This document shows, piece by piece, positions 18,545 through 25,692 of a stretch of 25,692 nt of DNA (position 1 is the first letter of the stretch; every line of letters begins with the position of its first letter). The stretch lies in the IMG/VR virus record IMGVR_UViG_3300006641_000160, positions 1-25,692 of that record. One strand, written 5' to 3'. Under the pieces are notes generated by a model that was not told the DNA's origin, did no database searches, and was given only the letters and a program-made list of their open reading frames with translations. This DNA comes from a virus (lineage: Duplodnaviria > Caudoviricetes). The position numbers were made by a program, and so were the translations under genes.

Positions 18545-19429
18545 ATGAAGAACCCGTACTTTAAGCACGATTTTGCCGAAACACGGCTCATGGAAGACCT
18601 TGTAACCGAGGCCATTGAGATTCACGGTTACGATGTCGTCTATATTCCCCGTGAAAAAATAGTACGGGATAATCTTTTCGGTGAAGACTGGCTCTCCAAG
18701 TTTGACGGTGGAGCCGCCTATGTGGAGATGTATATTGCTTCTTTTGATGGAGTAGAAGGTGCTGAAGTTTTCTCCAAGTTTGGTATTCAAAAGAAAGAAA
18801 AACTAAAACTCGTTGTCTCCAAGAGAAAGTTTGAAAGGGCCATGTCCCATTACATGCCAGAATTGTTCCGGCCCCGTGAAGGTGATCTGATCCATATACT
18901 GCCCCTGAAACAATTTTTTGAAATCACCTTCGTGGACAGCAGCAGTTCTTCTCATTTCTATCAAGGAGACAGGCTCTATACCTACACCATAACCGCAGAA
19001 GGCTATCAATTCGACAGCGACATTATACACACAGACTTTACCGAAATCGATAATCTGGTTACACATGACAGTGAACTTATGGTTTATCTCGACATTGATG
19101 AAGTTTGTGGTTCTTTCAAGAACAACGAAACTGTTTATGTGGGAAGTTCTCTGACCGGTTCTTCTTTCTATGGAACTATAGTAAACTACGACAAGAACAC
19201 ACCAGACCTGCTACAAATTCGCAACTACGGCGGGTCGGCGGGGGCAGTCGTGGGCCAAACAATCACCGGTCTTATTTCTGGTGCGTCTGGCTCCATTGCT
19301 GCGGACATGGGCAATACCTTGTCTAACATCCCCACAGACCTGTTTGCCAGCAACGATGAATTGCGTACAGAGGGCCACACCATTATTGATTTCTCTGAGG
19401 TCGATCCATTCTCGGAGGGTAATTACTGA
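18545..19429 (+). CDS. gp14: Neck (head closure) protein
   Basis: DLV.EAI..HG.DVVYIPRE..D.LFGED..SKF, FSKFG, RPREGDLI, FEI.FV and terminal IIDFSE.DPF. Follows gp13. Confidence 0.95.
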   Translation: MKNPYFKHDFAETRLMEDLVTEAIEIHGYDVVYIPREKIVRDNLFGEDWLSKFDGGAAYVEMYIASFDGVEGAEVFSKFGIQKKEKLKLVVSKRKFERAMSHYMPELFRPREGDLIHILPLKQFFEITFVDSSSSSHFYQGDRLYTYTITAEGYQFDSDIIHTDFTEIDNLVTHDSELMVYLDIDEVCGSFKNNETVYVGSSLTGSSFYGTIVNYDKNTPDLLQIRNYGGSAGAVVGQTITGLISGASGSIAADMGNTLSNIPTDLFASNDELRTEGHTIIDFSEVDPFSEGNY

Positions 19430-20268
19430 TGTTTACCCACTTTTACCACAGCACTATAAGGAAGTATGTTGTTGCCTTTGGCACACTTTTCAACAACATA
19501 AAAATAGAAAAGCCTGGAGAAGATGGATCTTTGGCAAAAACCCATGTGCGGGTTCCTCTTTCCTATGCTCCCAAGGAAACCTATGTCCGTATATTACAAG
19601 AAAATTTTTCTATATTGATAAGTGGAGACGATCAAGGCAGACAGCAATGGGCAGGATTCCTTCCCCGCATGTGCTTTGAAATAGCAAATATTACCTACGA
19701 TCCCACTCGCAAACGCAACACTATGAGCAAAAATGTGATGTATGATGCTACTTCGACTGGTAAATTGTCATACACTTATTCTGAAATTCCATATAACATA
19801 GAATTTAACCTCAGCATAATGACCAGAAAAATCGATGATGGGTTACAGATAGTGGAACAAATCATCCCTTATTTTGCTCCAGAATTTGTTGTTACCCTGA
19901 ATCTTGGAGAATTTGCCCCCAAAGTAGACATTCCAATAACTCTCAATAGCGTGAATCAGACTGTGGAATATGAAGGAGAAGGGGATGCGGTAAATGTCCG
20001 TGTTGTGACTTGGGATTTGGTTTTTACTCTGCGTGGATATGTGTACGGACCAGTAAAGAACTCTTCTATTATAAAGACTGCCATAGCAGAGTTTTTCAAT
20101 CGAGGAACAGACTATCGTTTGGAAACTGTGCGAGCCGATGCCCTAGATCCCGATTCTCCAGACGAACCACCGTTCACCCTTGCCACAGACCCCAACGATT
20201 ACAAAACAAATATACGAATATTTGGAGAATCGGCCACGGACAACGACATATTTGACCCCAACGGATGA
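19429..20268 (+). CDS. gp15: Tail sheath stabiliser / tail terminator
   Basis: FYH.TIRK.VVAFGTLFNNI, RVPLSYAPK, LPRM.FEI, YDPTRK, DDGLQIVEQIIPYF.P, DIPI.L motifs. TGATG coupling to gp14. Confidence 0.95.
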   Translation: MFTHFYHSTIRKYVVAFGTLFNNIKIEKPGEDGSLAKTHVRVPLSYAPKETYVRILQENFSILISGDDQGRQQWAGFLPRMCFEIANITYDPTRKRNTMSKNVMYDATSTGKLSYTYSEIPYNIEFNLSIMTRKIDDGLQIVEQIIPYFAPEFVVTLNLGEFAPKVDIPITLNSVNQTVEYEGEGDAVNVRVVTWDLVFTLRGYVYGPVKNSSIIKTAIAEFFNRGTDYRLETVRADALDPDSPDEPPFTLATDPNDYKTNIRIFGESATDNDIFDPNG

Positions 20269-20281
20269 TGGAGATTAGAAA

Positions 20282-20779
20282 ATGGAAGAAGAACAAGGTG
20301 AGCGAATATCGGACAAATTGAATATAGGATTTACTCCCCAAGACGGTGGAGCCATTCGCAAAGTGGCTCCCGACATACAGGCAATTGAAGGCGGAAAGCC
20401 CATAGACGACCTGGATTTAAAAAAGGACTATCTCACGGTACGAAAAAACCTGCGTGAGATCCTTATGAGCGGATCAGACGCCCTTGATGGGGTACTTACC
20501 GTAGCCAAAGAAAGCGATTCTCCCCGTGCGTACGAGGTTGCCGCCCAACTTATAAAAGCGGTTTCAGATGTAAACAAAGACCTGCTCGAAGTCCACAAGA
20601 AAATTAAAGAAATCGAAGGTGAGTCTGAGAGCAAAAAAGCCACAAGCATCACCAACAATTCCATTTTTGTGGGCAGTACCCGTGAACTACAGGCACTACT
20701 TAAAAATAAAGCCAAAGAAACTAAAGAAATAGTGGACACACAGATCGTGGAGGCTGAAGGTGACGGACAAACAGGATAA
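20282..20779 (+). CDS. gp16: Terminase small subunit
   Basis: DY..VR.NL..I...G..AL, ESDSPRAYEVAAQLIK and TNNSIFVGST.EL motifs. Overlaps the gp17 start. Confidence 0.95.
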   Translation: MEEEQGERISDKLNIGFTPQDGGAIRKVAPDIQAIEGGKPIDDLDLKKDYLTVRKNLREILMSGSDALDGVLTVAKESDSPRAYEVAAQLIKAVSDVNKDLLEVHKKIKEIEGESESKKATSITNNSIFVGSTRELQALLKNKAKETKEIVDTQIVEAEGDGQTG

Positions 20780-22382
20780 AGGGGCATATCTAGGCAATCC
20801 CAACCTGAAATCGGCAAATGTGCCGGTTCAGTTTACCGAAGAACAAGTCTCGGAATACATGAAGTGTGCCGAAGATCCTGTCTATTTCATAAAAAAATAT
20901 GTACGAATTGTAAATCTTAACGAGGGATTGATTCCTTTTGACCTGTATGATTTTCAGGAACGGTTTGTTCAGACTATTCATGCGAACCGATTCGTGATTT
21001 CCAAGTTTCCACGGCAGAGCGGAAAAAGTACCACGGTCATATCCTATATTCTCCATACAGTTCTGTTCAACCCCAACCAGAATGTGGCGATTCTTGCGAA
21101 TAAACTTGCCACAGCCCGTGAACTCTTACACCGTCTAAAATTGGCCTACGAGTACCTGCCCAAATGGATACAACAAGGCGTAATCAGTTGGAACAAAGGG
21201 TCCATAGAACTTGAAAACGGTTCCAAGATTCTGGCTTCGGCCACTTCTTCATCTGCTGTTCGTGGTAATTCTTTCAATCTCATACTCTTGGACGAGTTTG
21301 CCTATGTGCCTTTCAACATTGCGGATGAGTTCTTTTCGTCGGTATACCCCACAATTTCTTCAGGGAAGAACACCAAAGTCATAATCGTGTCTACCCCCAA
21401 GGGCATGAACATGTACTACAAGTTGTGGACAGATGCCGTAAATAAAAGAAATGAGTATGTCCCCGTAGAAGTCTTTTGGGATGAAGTGCCAGGTCGTGAC
21501 GAGGCATGGAAAGAGCAGACCATCAAGAATACTTCGGAAGAGCAGTTTCGCACGGAGTTTGAGTGCGATTTCGTGGGGTCTGTCCATACGCTAATTTCAG
21601 CAAAGAAACTACAGACCCTGACCTTTGTAAACCCCATCCACAAAACTGAAGACGGATTCAAGGTGTACGAAAAGCCCCAAAAAGGGCATAATTACATTCT
21701 GATAGCAGACACCGCTAGAGGCACAGGAAACGATTACCATGCGTTTGTGGTTATAGACATGACCACCCCACCGTATCGAGTTGTGGCTACTTTTCGAAAC
21801 AACACCATTCCTCCAGCCATTTATCCCACAGCCATAATATCAGCGGCACGACAGTTTAATGAAGCCCTCGTCCTTATAGAACTAAATGATATTGGTGGAC
21901 AGGTTTCTGACATCATCCATGAAGAATTTGAGTATGAGGGGCTGATGTCTACTTCCATAAAAGGCAGAAAGGGACAAGTTTTGGACGGAGGATTTAACGC
22001 CCAAAACCAACAACGGGGTGTAAAAACCACCGAAGTGGTGAAACGGGTGGGATGTACCACACTCAAAGGTCTTATAGAGCAAGACCGACTAATGATAGAA
22101 GACTTCGATCTGGTCAAAGAATTATTCTCTTTTGTCGCTAAAAAGAATTCTTTTGAAGCCGAAGTGGGCCACAACGACGATCTGGTTATGACTCTTGTCC
22201 TTTTTGCCTGGCTAACTACCCAACTATACTTTAAGGATATTACTGGAGGCAATATTTCGTTTGAGATGTATGCGGGACAGATGCGGCAACTAGAGGAGGA
22301 GATGTTTTTTGGATTTCTTGATGATGGTCTAACAGACAACGACTCCGAAAATATTCAGGGCGGATGGACTCCGATACGGTAA
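20760..22382 (+). CDS. gp17: Terminase large subunit
   Basis: YLGNPNLK N-terminus, adenine-binding LYDFQ, Walker A PRQSGKST, Walker B LILLDEFA, coupling motif VSTPKG, nuclease acidic motifs IADTARG and HNDDLVM. GTG start with GGAGG at 20749-20753. Confidence 0.98.
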   Translation: MTDKQDKGAYLGNPNLKSANVPVQFTEEQVSEYMKCAEDPVYFIKKYVRIVNLNEGLIPFDLYDFQERFVQTIHANRFVISKFPRQSGKSTTVISYILHTVLFNPNQNVAILANKLATARELLHRLKLAYEYLPKWIQQGVISWNKGSIELENGSKILASATSSSAVRGNSFNLILLDEFAYVPFNIADEFFSSVYPTISSGKNTKVIIVSTPKGMNMYYKLWTDAVNKRNEYVPVEVFWDEVPGRDEAWKEQTIKNTSEEQFRTEFECDFVGSVHTLISAKKLQTLTFVNPIHKTEDGFKVYEKPQKGHNYILIADTARGTGNDYHAFVVIDMTTPPYRVVATFRNNTIPPAIYPTAIISAARQFNEALVLIELNDIGGQVSDIIHEEFEYEGLMSTSIKGRKGQVLDGGFNAQNQQRGVKTTEVVKRVGCTTLKGLIEQDRLMIEDFDLVKELFSFVAKKNSFEAEVGHNDDLVMTLVLFAWLTTQLYFKDITGGNISFEMYAGQMRQLEEEMFFGFLDDGLTDNDSENIQGGWTPIR

Positions 22383-22402
22383 AGCGGTCAAACACCATAA
22401 AA

Positions 22403-22410
22403 TATACATA
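22403..22410 (+). promoter_or_regulatory. T4-type late promoter (TATACATA) for gp18
   Basis: Intergenic between gp17 and gp18. One mismatch to TATAAATA and identical to the box before gp13. Confidence 0.7.
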
Positions 22411-22461
22411 CAAGCAGAACCAAAGTCCGATTATTAGATTTTGCCAAGAAGGAGAACGCAC

Positions 22462-24486
22462 ATGGCATTCCAAATAAGTCCTGGGGTAAACATCACAGAA
22501 ATTGATAGAACAGGGGTTGTGGCCCAAGTTTCAACCACAATCGGCGGTTTCGCCGGAGATTTCCGTTGGGGTCCGGTGAACGAAATCACCACTATTGACT
22601 CTGAAAACACGCTTGTAGCCCGATTCGGCAAACCAGATCCAGGTAATTACCTGTCATTCTTTTCTGCTGCGAACTTTTTGGGGTATGGTTCTGCTCTCAC
22701 CGTAGTTCGTGCTGCGGACAGTGCGGCCAAACTTGCCACCAGAAGCGGTGGTAAAAACGCAAATACCCTTTGGAACCAGAAACTGTACGATACTGCCACC
22801 AACTACGGAAACAGTGCCGCAAGTGGCTTTACGGGAATTGCGGTTGCCAAGTATCCAGGACTCGCAGGAAACAGCCTGAAAATCTCTTACTCCGACAATT
22901 TTGAGCGTGGTATTACTTTTGCTGGGTTGACAACTATCGCTGGTCTTCCAAACGGGTTTACCTTTAATTCCGCAGGCACTGAAGTTGCCATTGGAATCAC
23001 GGGAGAGACTGATGCCATCGGAGCCGCAAACTTTGCCAAAGTTGCTGCCGGCGATTACCTGCGGTTTGCTGATGCCAACGGTGGGAACAAGGACTTCTTG
23101 GTCAAGTCCCTGACGGAAAGAACAGGCTCTGGTGGAATAATAACCCTTAGCATTTCTGGAGTGACCGCATCCGTGGCAACTCTCATAACCGGAAAAACTG
23201 CTGCCACAGCGGTATGGGCATATGCTCAATATGCTCCTTACTACCCTGGAACAAGCAGTCTTGCCGCACTCCGTGGATACACCAGCGACGAAATAGCCGG
23301 TGTTGTAATCGACGAAGACGGAATGTTCAGCGGAACTCCAGGCACAGTACTTGAAGGCTTTGTTGGTTCCAAGTCCGCCAACGCAATTCTTGCCGATGGA
23401 AGCAACAACTACTATGTGAACAAAATAAACGAATCCCCTTATGTTGCCTGGATTTCCCATCCAGAAACAGGGGAAGTCACCGCAAACGATGTTGCCTTCG
23501 GAGGAACATTTGCCCTTATCGGTGGTGCGGGTAGTTTCGCAACACTGAAGGCTAATATTTACGGTTCTCTTACAGGAGCAACTGATCCTACTCCAGCAGC
23601 AGGAGACATCCAAACAGCATACGACGAGTTTGCTGATACGGACAATGTGGATGTTTCCTTGTTGCTACAGGGTGCCCACAACAGCACAGTAGCAAAATAC
23701 ATCATAGACCTTGCCGATACTCGCAAGGATTGCGTTGCTTTCGTGTCTCCAGATCTGGACGATGTGAAAGACAAAACATCCAGTGCTGCCCTGAACAATG
23801 TGTTGGATTTCAAGCGTAATGTTCTGAACAAGAACACATCCTATGCTGTTCTTGATAGTGGCTGGAAGTACCAATACGACAAGTACCACGACACCTACCG
23901 CTGGATGCCACTCAATCCTGATGTGGCTGGTCTGTGCGCCAGAACGGACAACCTTACAGATCCTTGGTTCTCTCCAGCGGGATACAACCGTGGTCAGATC
24001 CGCAATGTGATCAAACTGGCTTTCAATCCAGTAAAGGCTGAACGGGATGCTCTGTATGCCAACAACATCAATCCAGTCATCTCTCAAGCCGGGCAAGGAA
24101 CCTTGCTCTTTGGAGACAAAACCTTGCTCTCCAAGCCCAGTGCTTTCGACCGCATCAATGTTCGTCGTCTGTTCATTGTGCTTGAGAAGGCTGTGGCAAC
24201 GGCTGCGAAGTTCCAACTCTTCGAGTTCAACGACGAGTTTACCCGTGCCAATTTCTTGGGTATTGTGGTTCCGTTCTTGCGGGATGTGGTGGCTCGTCGT
24301 GGAATCACCGAGTTCAAGGTGATCTGCGACGAAACGAACAATACAGCGGAAGTGATCGACCGCAATCAGTTTGTGGCAGACATCTATATCAAGCCAAATC
24401 GCTCGATCAACTTCATTCAGTTGAATTTCATTGCCACACGGTCTAATGCTCAGTTCAACGAAATCGGTCCATCAATCAACATCTAA
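22462..24486 (+). CDS. gp18: Contractile tail sheath protein (674 aa)
   Basis: MAFQISPGV...EID, F.WGPV, FFSAANFL.YG, RKDCVAFVSP, DSGWKYQYDKY, PWFSPAG.NRG, FDRINVRRLF, FEFNDEFTR, IKP.RSINFI.LNF.ATR. Start moved from the track's TTG 22441 to ATG 22462, which follows the RBS AAGGAG. Confidence 0.97.
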   Translation: MAFQISPGVNITEIDRTGVVAQVSTTIGGFAGDFRWGPVNEITTIDSENTLVARFGKPDPGNYLSFFSAANFLGYGSALTVVRAADSAAKLATRSGGKNANTLWNQKLYDTATNYGNSAASGFTGIAVAKYPGLAGNSLKISYSDNFERGITFAGLTTIAGLPNGFTFNSAGTEVAIGITGETDAIGAANFAKVAAGDYLRFADANGGNKDFLVKSLTERTGSGGIITLSISGVTASVATLITGKTAATAVWAYAQYAPYYPGTSSLAALRGYTSDEIAGVVIDEDGMFSGTPGTVLEGFVGSKSANAILADGSNNYYVNKINESPYVAWISHPETGEVTANDVAFGGTFALIGGAGSFATLKANIYGSLTGATDPTPAAGDIQTAYDEFADTDNVDVSLLLQGAHNSTVAKYIIDLADTRKDCVAFVSPDLDDVKDKTSSAALNNVLDFKRNVLNKNTSYAVLDSGWKYQYDKYHDTYRWMPLNPDVAGLCARTDNLTDPWFSPAGYNRGQIRNVIKLAFNPVKAERDALYANNINPVISQAGQGTLLFGDKTLLSKPSAFDRINVRRLFIVLEKAVATAAKFQLFEFNDEFTRANFLGIVVPFLRDVVARRGITEFKVICDETNNTAEVIDRNQFVADIYIKPNRSINFIQLNFIATRSNAQFNEIGPSINI

Positions 24487-24505
24487 AGCAGAGAGGTAAA
24501 CACCA

Positions 24506-25018
24506 ATGGCAGATTCGATTCAATCATTTCTTAGCGGGTTTAAAAATCCCGCAAAGACAAACCTCTATAAACTCACTATCTTTCCAGAGGGAGTGGCAAA
24601 AAGTCCTGAAGGAAACGCTTTCAACTTGAGAGCCAAAGGCTCCCAGTTGCCCACAAGCGACATCAATATTATTGAAATTCCATACAAAGGCCGTAAGGTA
24701 AAAGTACCAGGAGAGCGGACTTTTGCTGAATGGACTGTTACCGTCATGGAAACCGCAGAAATGGGTATGCGTAAAAGATTCGAAGAGTGGATTTCGGCAA
24801 TGGACGCACCAGACACCATTACGAGAAACACCGACGCACTCTCTAGAATCCACTGCGATCTGTTACAACCAGACAATTCCACTATAGCAATGCGATATGT
24901 GCTATACGGGGCATTCCCCACAAGCATTGCTTCCGTAGACCTGACCTTTGATGAGCAGACAGCACCTCTAGAATACTCGGTGACATTCCAATACTCATAT
25001 CACACAATAGAAAACTGA
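24506..25018 (+). CDS. gp19: Tail tube protein, copy 1 (170 aa)
   Basis: A.TNLY, QLP.S.I..IE.PY.GRK.K.PG.RTF.EWTVTV and GAFPT.I..VDL..D...EY.VTF.Y motifs. Follows gp18. RBS GAGG. Confidence 0.92.
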   Translation: MADSIQSFLSGFKNPAKTNLYKLTIFPEGVAKSPEGNAFNLRAKGSQLPTSDINIIEIPYKGRKVKVPGERTFAEWTVTVMETAEMGMRKRFEEWISAMDAPDTITRNTDALSRIHCDLLQPDNSTIAMRYVLYGAFPTSIASVDLTFDEQTAPLEYSVTFQYSYHTIEN

Positions 25019-25052
25019 TAATCAAGATATTTGAAAATCATCGTAAGAAAAT

Positions 25053-25082
25053 GATAAATACTGGTGAAAGCCAGTATTTGTC
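25053..25082 (+). terminator. 13-bp stem with GAAA tetraloop, putative terminator/attenuator, overlapping late promoter GATAAATA (25053-25060)
   Basis: GATAAATACTGGT-GAAA-GCCAGTATTTGTC pairs fully (two G-U). The 3' side TTTGTCTATT is U-rich. Intergenic between the two gp19 genes. Confidence 0.55.
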
Positions 25083-25097
25083 TATTAGGAGGCAACC

Positions 25098-25667
25098 ATG
25101 ACCATTGCAAGCACGCTGTCCACAATCAAAGCAGGATTGGCCCGCACAAATCTATACTCTATAACCATACCAGAGGGATCAATAAGCCAACTGCTCCAAA
25201 TACGAGGAAAAGGGACTCAACTCCCCGCATCAGATCTTGGCGTAATAGAGGTTCCCTATAGGGGCAGAAAACTGAAAGTTCCAGGTCAAAGAACTTTTGC
25301 GGAATGGACTGTTACCGTAATGGAAACCGAGGGAATGGAAGTCAGAGGAGTATTAGAGGCTTGGATAAATGCTCTTGATAATGCTGAAACCGGAGCAAGA
25401 GATCCAGCAAAAATGCGAGACATAACAGTACAACTTCTTAAAACAAATGGTGGTTCTTCTATAACTTACAATTTGTTTGGAGCATTTCCTACGAGCATTG
25501 CTTCTGTGGATCTTAGTTTTGATGAGCAAACAGCACCTCTAGAATACCAAGTTACCTTTAATTATTCCTATCATACTGTTACTGCTGGTGGGGGTGGCGG
25601 ACAGCAGTCAGGATCACAAGGACCACAAATACAAACCTCGGGCACAGGACTACAGTTCTTTGCTTGA
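25098..25667 (+). CDS. gp19: Tail tube protein, copy 2, with C-terminal Gly/Ser/Gln extension (189 aa)
   Basis: Same gp19 motifs (GLARTNLY, PYRGRKLKVPGQRTFAEWTVTV, GAFPTSIASVDL). RBS AGGAGG. Confidence 0.92.
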   Translation: MTIASTLSTIKAGLARTNLYSITIPEGSISQLLQIRGKGTQLPASDLGVIEVPYRGRKLKVPGQRTFAEWTVTVMETEGMEVRGVLEAWINALDNAETGARDPAKMRDITVQLLKTNGGSSITYNLFGAFPTSIASVDLSFDEQTAPLEYQVTFNYSYHTVTAGGGGGQQSGSQGPQIQTSGTGLQFFA

Positions 25668-25690
25668 CCTAAATAAGTGAACAGCAGGAG
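25668..25690 (+). promoter_or_regulatory. Candidate late promoter (CCTAAATA, 25668-25675) and RBS (AGGAG, 25686-25690) for the next gene outside the window
   Basis: TAAATA core directly after the gp19 stop, followed by an RBS. T4 synteny predicts portal gp20 or another tube paralogue next (inference). Confidence 0.5.
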
Positions 25691-25692
25691 AA

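Noticed and set aside
20760-22382. Intein, intron or homing endonuclease in or near the terminase
   Set aside because: gp17 is a contiguous 540 aa with normal motif spacing, and the intergenic gaps are too short to hold a mobile gene.
22441-22461. TTG start giving MPRRRTH before gp18
   Set aside because: That stretch contains the RBS (AAGGAG). ATG 22462 gives the canonical MAFQISPGV sheath N-terminus.
22654-23613. 319-aa minus-strand ORF (and the other antisense or alternate-frame ORFs, e.g. 15572-16234, 21821-22339, 23665-24216)
   Set aside because: They overlap well-supported plus-strand genes and show no recognisable motifs. They are best explained as shadow ORFs from codon bias.
25064-25261. 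65-aa plus-strand ORF overlapping the start of gp19 copy 2
   Set aside because: It starts inside the hairpin without an RBS and overlaps a clear gp19 gene out of frame.
1-25667. Possible stop-codon reassignment, since none of the 16 genes ends in TAG
   Set aside because: All core genes are full length under the standard code with no internal TAG or TGA. TAG is normally the rarest stop, so 0 of 16 is not informative.
1-25692. CRISPR array, tRNA or rRNA genes
   Set aside because: The window is almost fully coding with gaps of about 80 nt or less. I saw no spaced direct repeats or cloverleaf-like sequences.

Overview
A 25.7-kb, tightly packed, entirely plus-strand virion morphogenesis module from a T4-like (cyanomyophage-type gene order) contractile-tailed phage. 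The left part (1-17731) holds a 5'-truncated DUF4815/VrlC-like giant structural protein, a small coiled-coil ORF, a fibre-like protein, a tail-collar protein, two paralogous beta-helix (tailspike-like) proteins and two unassigned ORFs. The right part is the T4 core run gp13, gp14, gp15, gp16, gp17, gp18 and two tandem gp19 tail-tube genes. T4-type late promoter boxes occur as ATA(A/C)ATA variants, two of them inside hairpins. Most notable observations: G-x-T tripeptides cluster in probably surface-exposed virion domains (possible modification sequon, speculative); the beta-helix paralogues have swapped modules and an A-depleted junction; a hairpin sequesters the gp13 RBS with the late promoter in its loop; and the duplicated tail tube has near-identical DNA patches and a Gly/Ser/Gln tail. 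All family assignments are from motif recognition by eye, not database searches, and all counts are hand counts.
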